The notes beneath the pieces were generated by a model. The model ran no database searches. It was given only the letters and a program-made list of their open reading frames with translations, and had not been told where the DNA came from. The position numbers and the translations under genes are program-made. DNA of 64,000 nucleotides from the NCBI GenBank assembly GCA_040758355.1, contig JBFLWF010000005.1, positions 32,001 to 96,000 of the forward strand, in the 5' to 3' direction. The stretch's first letter is position 1; each line of letters opens with the position of its first letter. Shown here piece by piece: positions 55,852 to 64,000 of the stretch. The DNA comes from Nitrospirota bacterium. Lineage in GTDB: Bacteria > Nitrospirota > Thermodesulfovibrionia > Thermodesulfovibrionales > Dissulfurispiraceae.

Positions 55852-57892
55852 CTATCTTTATCGTTCCTATCGAATAAACCTTTGTGCCCGGTGCAATTTC
55901 ACCGTGGGATACCACCATGATGCTTCCAGAAACCCGCTCTGTCAGCTTTTTCGCGAACCTCCTTATTGCCGGAGAACATAAAAGCACAGGCTGGTACCCC
56001 TTCTGCATGCCTTCCTCAAAACTCTTTCGTATGCCTTCAACGACCTTCTCGGTTGTTGCTGGATCGAGGGCGAGATACGAACCCTGCGGCGTTGTTTGCA
56101 CCGCCTCGATGATCGATCGCTCAACCCTCGGGTCGATCAATATAACGGACACGGAACCATCTGGATTTTGCAACTGTCTTGTTATGCCCCGTGCCAATGC
56201 CTGCCTCACATACTCCGTGAGGATATCCGTATCTTTGGTAACATTCGCATAATCTGACAATGCCTCGAGGATAGTCTGCAGGTCTCTTATGCAGACCCTT
56301 TCCCTGAGAAGGTTCTGAAGCACCTTCTGAACAGCACCCAGATTCAAAAGCCCGGGGATAAGGTCTTCAACAACCTTCGGATGCGTTTTTGAAAGATTAT
56401 CCAGCAGTTTCTGGACATCCTGCTTGCCGAGGAGTTCATGGGCATAGTTCTTTATCACCTCTGTAAGATGGGTCGTAATAACAGAAGGGACGTCCACAAC
56501 AGTGTAGCCGGCAAGCTGCGCCCTTTCCACATCCCTTTCATCTATCCATAGGGCAGGCAATCCGAATGTAGGGTCTTTGGCTGGTATACCCTCTATCCTG
56601 ACCTTCTCTGTTCCAGGTGATATAGCGAGATATTTATTGATCATTACCTCTGCAGATGCAACCTCAACGCCTTTGATGAGAAGGGAATACTGCGTTGGCT
56701 TTAAAGACAGATTATCCTTTATATGAACAGGCGGGACGATGAACCCCATGTCTGTTACCATCTGCTTCCTGATCGCCTTGATCCTCGTCAAAAGCGGGCC
56801 TCCTTCTTCCACAAGCGGGATAAGACCGTAACCGATTTCGAGGGCGAGGGGATCAAGTGGCAGTAGTGACTCGAGGGTCTCCACAGGCTTAGCTTCTTCA
56901 GCAGGGGCCGGTGCAGCCTCTTCTTCCCTTTTAGCCGCCTTGCTTAAGAAATATGCGCCTGTCCCCGTAATTGTAGCAAGCATCAGGAATGGGACGTGCG
57001 GCAATCCCGGAATAAGACCGAAAAACGCCAGTATGCCTGCAGCCGTTCCCAATGCCTTTGGATTTATCAGTAACTGTTTTACCACCTCTGCGCCTAAATT
57101 GGCTTCTGTGGCGGCTCGGCTCACGATAATGCCTGCTGCTGTGGATGTAATAAGGGCGGGTATCTGGGCAACAAGTCCGTCGCCGATTGTGAGGATTGTG
57201 TAAGTCTTTGCAGCATCGGCAATTGGCATTCCTTTTTGCAAAACGCCGATGAGGAAACCGCCTATTATGTTAATGACCATTATGATTATGGCTGCAATGG
57301 CATCACCCCTGACGAATTTGCTTGCGCCGTCCATGGCTCCGTAGAAATCAGCCTCCCTGCTTATCTCCTGCCTCCGCCTCCTTGCCTCTGTCTCGTCGAT
57401 AAGACCTGCATTCAGATCGGCATCGATGCTCATCTGTTTGCCCGGCATTGCATCGAGGGTAAACCTTGCAGAGACCTCGGCGATTCTTCCTGCACCCTTT
57501 GTTATGACCACGAAATTTATGATGATCAGGATAAAGAATATGACAAAGCCGACCACATAGTTGCCGCCGACAACAAATTCTCCAAATGACTTTATAACCT
57601 TTCCTGCTGCCTCTGTGCCTATATCCCCCCTCATCAGTATCAGCCTTGTGGCAGCTATGTTCAGGGAGAGCCTGAGCAGCGTTGATATGAGAAGGATTGA
57701 CGGGAATACCGAGAAGTCAAGGGGCTTATAACTGTACGCAGAAACAAGAAGAACCACAACCGACAGGGTGATGCTGAAAGAAAGCGCCATGTCCAGCAAT
57801 ATTGGCGGCATGGGTATTATCATCAAACCGAGGATTACGACAATACCAACTGCCAGCACAAGATCGCTCTGTCTCAATAATCTATCGAGCAT
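55847..57892 (-). CDS. flhA: Flagellar export gate protein
   Basis: RIAEVSARFTLDAMPGKQMSIDADL, FYGAMDGASKFVRGD. Confidence 0.97.
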   Translation of the reverse strand: MLDRLLRQSDLVLAVGIVVILGLMIIPMPPILLDMALSFSITLSVVVLLVSAYSYKPLDFSVFPSILLISTLLRLSLNIAATRLILMRGDIGTEAAGKVIKSFGEFVVGGNYVVGFVIFFILIIINFVVITKGAGRIAEVSARFTLDAMPGKQMSIDADLNAGLIDETEARRRRQEISREADFYGAMDGASKFVRGDAIAAIIIMVINIIGGFLIGVLQKGMPIADAAKTYTILTIGDGLVAQIPALITSTAAGIIVSRAATEANLGAEVVKQLLINPKALGTAAGILAFFGLIPGLPHVPFLMLATITGTGAYFLSKAAKREEEAAPAPAEEAKPVETLESLLPLDPLALEIGYGLIPLVEEGGPLLTRIKAIRKQMVTDMGFIVPPVHIKDNLSLKPTQYSLLIKGVEVASAEVMINKYLAISPGTEKVRIEGIPAKDPTFGLPALWIDERDVERAQLAGYTVVDVPSVITTHLTEVIKNYAHELLGKQDVQKLLDNLSKTHPKVVEDLIPGLLNLGAVQKVLQNLLRERVCIRDLQTILEALSDYANVTKDTDILTEYVRQALARGITRQLQNPDGSVSVILIDPRVERSIIEAVQTTPQGSYLALDPATTEKVVEGIRKSFEEGMQKGYQPVLLCSPAIRRFAKKLTERVSGSIMVVSHGEIAPGTKVYSIGTIKIE

Positions 57893-58952
57893 GGCCTGCC
57901 TTTTTGTTTTTCAGTTTATACACATTCGCAAGTATCGTTGCTACTGCCCTGTACAGTGTTTCGGGAATCTCCTGTCCAATGTTCAGCTTAAATAAAGTCC
58001 TTGCAAGGGGCTTGTCCTCAAAAACAGGCACGCCGCTTTTTGCAGCAATTTCCTTTATCTTCTCCGCAACAATGTTTGCTCCCTTTGCAACGATTGTCGG
58101 AGCACCCATCTTTGACGAGTCATACTTTAACGCAACAGCAAAATGCGTGGGGTTCGTTATGACCACGTCGGCCTTTGGAACCTCCTGCATCATCCTCTTC
58201 CGTGCCATCTCCCTCTGAAGGCTCTTTATCCGCGCCTTAACACGGGGATCGCCCTCCACCTCTTTGTACTCTTCCTTCACTTCCTGTTTGGTCATCCTCA
58301 AGTTGCGTTCAAACTGCCATCTCTGGTAGGCAAAATCCGCAACTGCAAAAACAGTCAGGACAACAGCCGAGATAAGTAAAAGCTTTCTTATCTGGTTGAA
58401 TGAAAAGCCCATAATTGACTGTATGTCCATATCTACAAGCAGGGGGAGATTTATCAGTTCCTTTTTTATAAGGAGATAAATAATAAGGCCGAGGACAATA
58501 ACCTTCAAGACGCCCTTTAAGGTTTCGAAAATTGTATTAAGACTGAAGAATTTCTTTATCCCCTGAATAGGATTGATCTTGTTAATATCCGGACTCAAAG
58601 GAGCAGGCGAGAGCAAAAAGCCTGTCTGTAAAAAGTGCACAATCACGATAACAAAAAGCATAAGCCCCAGGAAGGGGGCCATTATCAATGCAACATGTAC
58701 CGTGTCTGTCTTGAATACATCCATAAATGAAACCTCGTTCAAAGAAATCTCAAAACCCCTTTTCAACGATGTCTTCATATATGTAAGCAGAGAGGTGAAC
58801 ATAAAGCCGCCGAAGGAGAGATACAAAAACACCACCCACAGGGGCATAATTCCTGTAAGCTCCCTGCTCCTCGGTATTTCGCCCTTTTCCCGTGCCTTTT
58901 GACGCCTTCGGGGCGTCGCTTGTTCCGTTCGCTCTTCAAACTCTTCAGGCAT
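57882..58952 (-). CDS. flhB: Flagellar export switch protein
   Basis: RTEQAT, EGDP, NPTH cleavage motif. Confidence 0.96.
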   Translation of the reverse strand: MPEEFEERTEQATPRRRQKAREKGEIPRSRELTGIMPLWVVFLYLSFGGFMFTSLLTYMKTSLKRGFEISLNEVSFMDVFKTDTVHVALIMAPFLGLMLFVIVIVHFLQTGFLLSPAPLSPDINKINPIQGIKKFFSLNTIFETLKGVLKVIVLGLIIYLLIKKELINLPLLVDMDIQSIMGFSFNQIRKLLLISAVVLTVFAVADFAYQRWQFERNLRMTKQEVKEEYKEVEGDPRVKARIKSLQREMARKRMMQEVPKADVVITNPTHFAVALKYDSSKMGAPTIVAKGANIVAEKIKEIAAKSGVPVFEDKPLARTLFKLNIGQEIPETLYRAVATILANVYKLKNKKAGHAR

Positions 58953-58955
58953 CTG

Positions 58956-59693
58956 TTACCTCGTAAAGACCATTATCGCATCCTTTACATTCATAAAGGC
59001 CTTTGAAACGACCATCAATACAAGTGGCAATGAAAGCGCCATAAAAATAATCCCGCTGGTAATGAGCAGCGGAAAACTTATAAAGAATATATTGGCCTGC
59101 GGCAGCGCCCTCGAAAGAAAGCCCATGGCAAGATTGATCAATACCTGAACAAGAATGACAGGGGCTGCTATTTTAAAGGCCAGCGGAAACAAAATAGAGT
59201 TGAGCTTTATAATGGAATCGAATATCCCTTTGTACTGGATGCTGCTGATATCAAAGCTGCGCGCAATGCCCTCGATGAAATAGTGATGCATATCGAGTAC
59301 GAAAAAAAGCCCCATGGAAATAAATGTGTAAAAAAGGCTCAGGGGTCCGAGCTGTTCGCCAAACATGGGGTTGAAAACAGCAGCCACGCCGATTCCCATC
59401 TCTATGCTCATCCACTGGGCTGCCGTTTCAACAGCGCCGAGGATTATCCTTGCTGTTAAACCTATTGCAGAGCCGATAAAGAACGCCTCAAAAACTGCCC
59501 TTACCGGACTTTCTGTCTTCACATTCGCAACAGGCAGAAGGAGCAGTGTCAGTGCAATGGCAAGCCCTGCCCTAACCATTATTGGTGTCATTCGCGCCCC
59601 GATAAACGGAATGAAAGAGAGGATAACAGCAACCCTTATGAATACGGGGATGAACTTTTCAGCATACGTGTTTATAAGGTTATAAAGCTCCAT
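58956..59693 (-). CDS. fliR: Flagellar export protein
   Basis: Hydrophobic; AAP, RALPQANIF; position. Confidence 0.92.
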   Translation of the reverse strand: MELYNLINTYAEKFIPVFIRVAVILSFIPFIGARMTPIMVRAGLAIALTLLLLPVANVKTESPVRAVFEAFFIGSAIGLTARIILGAVETAAQWMSIEMGIGVAAVFNPMFGEQLGPLSLFYTFISMGLFFVLDMHHYFIEGIARSFDISSIQYKGIFDSIIKLNSILFPLAFKIAAPVILVQVLINLAMGFLSRALPQANIFFISFPLLITSGIIFMALSLPLVLMVVSKAFMNVKDAIMVFTR

Positions 59694-59694
59694 C

Positions 59695-59964
59695 TTACCT
59701 CACATACATTGGTATATTCTCGAATATGCTTCTTGTGAATCCAACCAGCACCTTAACCATCCACGGCAGTGCAACGAGCAGGGTAATGAAAACAGCTATT
59801 ATCTTCGGTACAAAGGTCATTGTCATTTCCTGAAGCTGTGTGATTGCCTGAAAAATACTTATCAGCACTCCGATGATAAGGCTGACCAGCAATACAGGCC
59901 CGCCGACAAGCAATATTGTCTCAAATGTCTGCCTCGATATCTGGTTAAGCAATTCGGTGGTCAT
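59695..59964 (-). CDS. fliQ: Flagellar export protein
   Basis: FQAITQLQEMTMTFVPK. Confidence 0.96.
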   Translation of the reverse strand: MTTELLNQISRQTFETILLVGGPVLLVSLIIGVLISIFQAITQLQEMTMTFVPKIIAVFITLLVALPWMVKVLVGFTRSIFENIPMYVR

Positions 59965-61001
59965 TTAAACCCCCCGATAAGCGAGCCTATCAACAAATCC
60001 CATCCATCAACAAGGACGAACAGAAGCAATTTAAAAGGCATGGAGACCATAATAGGAGGAAGCATCATCATGCCCATCGAGAGGAGCACACTGGCAACAA
60101 CCATATCAATGACTAAAAAGGGCAGGAATATAAGAAAGCCTATCTCAAATGCCTTTTTAAGCTCGCCGATGGCAAAGGCAGGAATAACAACCCTCATCGG
60201 CAGATCCATGGGTGTTGCAGGCCTTTCAGATTTTGACATCTTTAAAAAAAGCGCAAGGTCTTTTTCCCTGGTCTGCTTCAGCATAAATTCCTTCAACGGA
60301 ACTCCTGCCCTGTTAAGGGCTTCTTCCGCATTTATCTCCTTTTTTGTATAAGGCTGGTAGGCATCAGCGTAAATCCTGTCCACAACAGGCGACATGACAA
60401 AGAGGGTAATGAAGAGGGACAGACCAATTATTACCTGCGTGGGAGGAACCTGCGGAGTTCCAAGCGCCTGCCTGAGAAAGGAAAGGACCACAACAATTCT
60501 TGTAAAGCATGTGGTCATGACAAGGATTGCAGGCAGTATGGAGAGCAGTGTGAGGAATAAGAGCAATTCAAGAGGGGTGGTTAAACCAAGGAATCCTCCG
60601 GCAGGCGGAGGAGGCGCCGGTGCAGCAAAGGATAAATCAGGCAACAGGCACGAGGCTATAGGCAATAGGGCAAAGTAAAAAAATTTTCTTTTTATAAAAT
60701 TTTTTATACCGAGTGGCTGGTGGCTGGTAATCGCTGGCTGCTGTTTCATCGCTTCTTCCACATCCGATGGGTTAGGCTTGCTCAGAATGGATATGCTTTC
60801 ATCAGCAATTCCCAGAACAAGGTATTCCTTTAAAACCTTAACAATTGCAACTCCCTTTTTAGGGCCAAAAGGCTGATATTGGACAATCTCGATCAATCCT
60901 TTATTGGGTAAAACCCTCTGTTTCAGAAATCTGAGGAGTAAATACAGACCGCCGAGGACAATCAGCAGTGCAACTGTAACCTTAATTAACTCAAAGCCCA
61001 A
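59961..61001 (-). CDS. fliP: FliO-FliP in one reading frame
   Basis: N-terminal FliO-like TM plus GPKKGVAIVKV..EYLVLG; C-terminal FliP (TCFTRIVVVL, FLPFLVIDMVV, PFKLLLFVLVDGW). Confidence 0.9.
   Translation of the reverse strand: MGFELIKVTVALLIVLGGLYLLLRFLKQRVLPNKGLIEIVQYQPFGPKKGVAIVKVLKEYLVLGIADESISILSKPNPSDVEEAMKQQPAITSHQPLGIKNFIKRKFFYFALLPIASCLLPDLSFAAPAPPPPAGGFLGLTTPLELLLFLTLLSILPAILVMTTCFTRIVVVLSFLRQALGTPQVPPTQVIIGLSLFITLFVMSPVVDRIYADAYQPYTKKEINAEEALNRAGVPLKEFMLKQTREKDLALFLKMSKSERPATPMDLPMRVVIPAFAIGELKKAFEIGFLIFLPFLVIDMVVASVLLSMGMMMLPPIMVSMPFKLLLFVLVDGWDLLIGSLIGGFK
60639..60742 (-). repeat. 7-bp arrays in FliO-FliP junction / FliP signal region
   Basis: aggcaac aggcacg aggctat aggcaat (LLPIASCLLP) and tggctgg tggctgg ... 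tggctgc (QQPAITSHQP). Confidence 0.7.
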
Positions 61002-61007
61002 ATTAAC

Positions 61008-61047
61008 CCTCCATGTTTCATTACTCCATCACTCCAACACTCCATTA
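61008..61047. repeat. 8-bp array starting at the fliN stop codon
   Basis: tttcatta ctccatca ctccaaca ctccatta. Confidence 0.75.
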
Positions 61048-61374
61048 CCTAAGTTGCCTCACTCTTTCAGTCGGGCTTATAATGTCAGTGAGTCTGATGC
61101 CGAACTTCTCATTGACAACAACAACCTCTCCTCTGCCGATCAGTCTCTCGTTCACGTATACTTCCATGGGCTCTCCTGCCAGTTTTTCGAGGGCGATAAC
61201 AGATCCCTGACCGAGCTGAAGCAGTTCCTGAACGAGAATCTTTGTCCTGCCGATAACAACGGTCAGCTCAAGGGGGACATCAAGGATAAAATTTATATCC
61301 CTCTGGGAAACCTGAGGCGATTGTGCCTCTCCCTGAAATTCCTGTACATCCAAATTTTTTACTTCATCTGCCAT
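61045..61374 (-). CDS. fliN: Flagellar motor switch protein
   Basis: ILDVPLELTV, GEVVVVNEKFGIRLTDI. Confidence 0.95.
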   Translation of the reverse strand: MADEVKNLDVQEFQGEAQSPQVSQRDINFILDVPLELTVVIGRTKILVQELLQLGQGSVIALEKLAGEPMEVYVNERLIGRGEVVVVNEKFGIRLTDIISPTERVRQLR

Positions 61375-61402
61375 TTTCATTCCTCCTTACGCCTTTTACG
61401 CC

Positions 61403-62365
61403 TTATACAACCTTTGTTATTTTTAATGCATACGAGCCTTTATAAACCCCGAATCTTCCCTTAAACTTCTGGGCTCCCTCGACAAGTACGTTGATATCTT
61501 CGTCCACCCTCTGACCGAGGATTATTACATCCGATACCTTCATATCAAGAACATCCTGAACCGTGACCCTTGTATCTCCAAGTCTGCCTGTTACGGTTAC
61601 AGGAATCTCTTTAAGCCTTTCCTTTAATCTCTCAAGCCACTTTATGTCCAGTTCATCCCTGTCAGCAGAAAATGCACTGTAAAGTTTTTCTTTTATCGGT
61701 TCTACTGTTCCATATGGTATACAGAGAAATGCCCGACACTGCTTACCTTCGATTTCAAGGACAAATTCGACCTTTATCACCACATCCACAGGGGTAACGA
61801 TGGTAACAAACTGCGGGTTCATCTCGGAGCGCACATACGTGGGTATTACCGGATAGATGGGTTTCCATGCTTCTTCCATGTCATTGAAGAACATCATCAC
61901 CACTTTGTGTATTATCTTCTGCTCTATAGGGGTGAACTCCCTGCCTTCAGGCTTGTAATAGCCCTTGCCTGTGCCGCCGAAGAAAAATTCAATGAGGCTG
62001 AATATCATCGGTGCATCAAACACAAGAAGGCCAAAGCCCCTCAGTGGCTCCATCCTGAAAACATTTATACTCGATGGAAAAGGAACACCGCGCATGAAGT
62101 CATAGAACTTTGTGATATTGACATTCACATTGGTTACATCAACCATGCGCCTGATCGCTGCAGACAAAGACAGGCGGAAGTTTCTGGCGAGCCTTTCGTT
62201 CGCTATGTCGAGGGAAGGCATTCTCCCCCTGACGATTTTTTCCTGACCTGTAAAGTCATAGGGCTTTATGCCTGAGACCTCTTCTACCTTCTCGGTCTCT
62301 ACAGCGCCTTCTGCTATTCCTTTTAGCAGCGCATCAACTTCTTCTTGCGAAAGAATATCTTCCAT
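61403..62365 (-). CDS. fliM: Flagellar motor switch protein
   Basis: ILSQEEVDALL, YDF, FGG.G, REFTPIE. Confidence 0.96.
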   Translation of the reverse strand: MEDILSQEEVDALLKGIAEGAVETEKVEEVSGIKPYDFTGQEKIVRGRMPSLDIANERLARNFRLSLSAAIRRMVDVTNVNVNITKFYDFMRGVPFPSSINVFRMEPLRGFGLLVFDAPMIFSLIEFFFGGTGKGYYKPEGREFTPIEQKIIHKVVMMFFNDMEEAWKPIYPVIPTYVRSEMNPQFVTIVTPVDVVIKVEFVLEIEGKQCRAFLCIPYGTVEPIKEKLYSAFSADRDELDIKWLERLKERLKEIPVTVTGRLGDTRVTVQDVLDMKVSDVIILGQRVDEDINVLVEGAQKFKGRFGVYKGSYALKITKVV

Positions 62366-62380
62366 TTTACTCCTTGTTAT

Positions 62381-62430
62381 AAGTTAATGAGTCACTCATC
62401 AACTCTTTTACCCATCTACTCATTCACTTT
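62381..62430. repeat. 8-bp array with short inverted partner between fliL and fliM
   Basis: aagttaatgagt / actcatca actctttt acccatct actcattc. Confidence 0.65.
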
Positions 62431-62434
62431 GTTT

Positions 62435-62929
62435 TTACTGCATTACGAAATCCGTAAGATATACATTTTTTACTGAGTTCTCTCCAAGCACCTGGTTAAT
62501 CCTTATATTTATCTCGTCCTTAAGCTGCAGTTTTCCTTCAGGAGAGATCAATGCATCGGATGTCTTGCTTGTAAGAAGCGTAATAATCGCATCCCTTATC
62601 TGAGGGGTCTTTGTTTTTGCCTTTTCCATAACAGCAGGCCCGGTAAGCTCAAGCTGCAAAGATACCTTTAAAAACCTTGTCCCTGTCGGGTCGCTTAGGT
62701 TAACGACAAATGGCTCAAGTGCAAATGTTACTCCTTCTGCAGCCTTTGTCTCTTCAGTCTTTTGTGCCTTATTACCACCTGATTTTGTGAAAAAGAAGAA
62801 TGCACCTGCACCGCCGGCAAGGACAGCAACTGCAATAATGATAATCAAGATCAAATTCTTCCCTTTTTTCTTTTTCGGCTCCTGACCTTCTTCTTCGCCT
62901 TCCAATTTCTCTTCTTTCTCATCAACCAT
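62435..62929 (-). CDS. fliL: Flagellar basal body protein
   Basis: TM, LEPFVVNL, IRDAII, VYLTDFVMQ. Confidence 0.94.
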   Translation of the reverse strand: MVDEKEEKLEGEEEGQEPKKKKGKNLILIIIIAVAVLAGGAGAFFFFTKSGGNKAQKTEETKAAEGVTFALEPFVVNLSDPTGTRFLKVSLQLELTGPAVMEKAKTKTPQIRDAIITLLTSKTSDALISPEGKLQLKDEINIRINQVLGENSVKNVYLTDFVMQ

Positions 62930-62944
62930 AAAAAACCTCCATAT

Positions 62945-63068
62945 TTAAGTAGTTAAGGGGTTAAGTAGTTAAGGGGTTAAGGGTAAAGTTCCATTAACTA
63001 CTTAATCCCTTTGCGTCGTGCGCGAAGTGTGGGCGCTCTGACTCACGACGCTCAACGCTTTACGCACA
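62945..63068. repeat. Back-to-back inverted 8-bp and 7-bp arrays in the fliL leader
   Basis: ttaagtag ttaagggg ttaagtag ttaagggg / ttaactac ttaatccc; then tgcgtcg tgcgcga / cgctcaa cgcttta cgcacaa. Confidence 0.75.
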
Positions 63069-63079
63069 AATTGTGCCAA
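63063..63079 (-). promoter_or_regulatory. Sigma54 promoter for fliL operon
   Basis: TTGGCACAATTTGTGCG = GG-N10-GC. Confidence 0.75.
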
Positions 63080-63118
63080 AGATTAACTAATTGAATTTTA
63101 ACAAATATGGAGCAGGAA

Positions 63119-63176
63119 GGTCAAAAAAATGACGGATAGATCCCAACTACAGGGAGCTAACCGTCAAAAAATCACA
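63119..63176. promoter_or_regulatory. Candidate FleQ/FlrA-type enhancer boxes
   Basis: GTCAAAAAAATGAC (63120-63133) fits the GTCA-N6-TGAC box; second site CCGTCAAAAAATCAC at 63161. Confidence 0.55.
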
Positions 63177-63209
63177 TAAATCCTTTTTCTATCACCTATT
63201 GCCTATATC

Positions 63210-64000
63210 TTATCTCTTAAGCTGCATTAATTCAGTCAACATATCGTCTGTAGTGGTAATAACCCTCGTATTCGCCTGAAAGCCTCTCTGATACGCAATC
63301 ATCTTAACAAACTCTTCTGCCAGGTCCACACTGGATGTTTCAAGGGAGCTTGCCATGACCCTACCCCTTCCTGATGTATTGGGAGAGCCTATGATCGGGC
63401 TGCCTGAAGCAGCCGATTCGGTGTAAAGGTTTCTTCCCTGTTTCGTAAGCATGGTAGGGGCTATAAACCTTGCTAAATAAATCTCTGCAATCTTCAGTGT
63501 CTGTCCGTTGGTGAATGCTCCGACCATTGTTCCTGTATTGTCGATAGTAAGGCTCTTCAAACTACCCGAGGCATATCCGTCCTGTTGCTGGAATATAACA
63601 GACGAAGCAGAGCCATACTGGGTTGTTGCATCACGTCCGCTCCCACCCGCTGCCGTGCCTATACCAAAATCGAAATCTATGGTCTGGGACTGTGTTACGC
63701 CGCCTGTGAAATCAAAGGCAGCGCCAGGCGTATTTCCATACTGCTGGATATCCCTTACAAGACGCCCATCCGTATCGAATTCGAGATAGCCCTGTGCTCC
63801 GATCTGTATCTGTCCTTGGCTGCTGTCCGCAGACTGTACGACTGCATAGTAGTGCCATCTGTTTCCAGTAGTGGTATCCGTCCCCGAACCGTCAAGATCA
63901 ACGGATTCTGCAGTCTTCCTGAAGTAGGCAGTAATAAGATGGCCATAGCCGAGGGAATCATAGAGGGTAATGGATGTAGAAAAATCGGATGTAGTGGAAG
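63210..64000 (-). CDS. flgE: Flagellar hook protein, 3' part (runs off window end)
   Basis: Frame open to window end: ITLYDSLG...QDGYASG...LETSSVDLAEEFVKMIAYQRGFQANTRVI. Confidence 0.93.
   Translation of the reverse strand, partial: STTSDFSTSITLYDSLGYGHLITAYFRKTAESVDLDGSGTDTTTGNRWHYYAVVQSADSSQGQIQIGAQGYLEFDTDGRLVRDIQQYGNTPGAAFDFTGGVTQSQTIDFDFGIGTAAGGSGRDATTQYGSASSVIFQQQDGYASGSLKSLTIDNTGTMVGAFTNGQTLKIAEIYLARFIAPTMLTKQGRNLYTESAASGSPIIGSPNTSGRGRVMASSLETSSVDLAEEFVKMIAYQRGFQANTRVITTTDDMLTELMQLKR

Noticed and set aside
3546..63068. Tandem arrays as sequencing or assembly artefacts
   Set aside because: Units are degenerate, reading frames are preserved, and many have reverse-complement partners.
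63210..63560. Truncated 116-aa flgE / pseudogene
   Set aside because: The frame stays open to the window end with FlgE motifs; the gene simply starts outside the window.

Overview
Ordinary bacterial chromosome segment; gene content and order suggest Nitrospirota/Thermodesulfovibrionia or a deltaproteobacterium-like organism (inference). It carries a partial namZ-like gene and livHMGF, then a long minus-strand run. That run holds moeA, bactofilin-M23, purM, nadC, valS, a RomR-like regulator, iscR-tusA-iscS-iscU, an MCE/Mla operon with TolC, DUF62, pyrDK and greA, followed by a ~40 kb flagellar/chemotaxis cluster (fliW to partial flgE). No rRNA, tRNA, CRISPR array or transposase was seen. The unusual content is non-coding. 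(1) Four full copies and one internally deleted copy of a ~200-220 bp inverted-repeat element, all co-oriented with transcription and showing compensatory base-pair changes. (2) More than 20 short tandem arrays with fixed 7-, 8- or 9-bp period but unrelated unit sequences. They occur as inverted pairs at gene junctions, as in-frame inserts in housekeeping enzymes, and as signal-peptide coding sequence. (3) A double-hairpin element inserted in frame in the DUF62 gene. Several protein oddities are also noted: CheW-CheZ and FliO-FliP fusions, a triplicated FlgK module, and a degenerate CZB domain.
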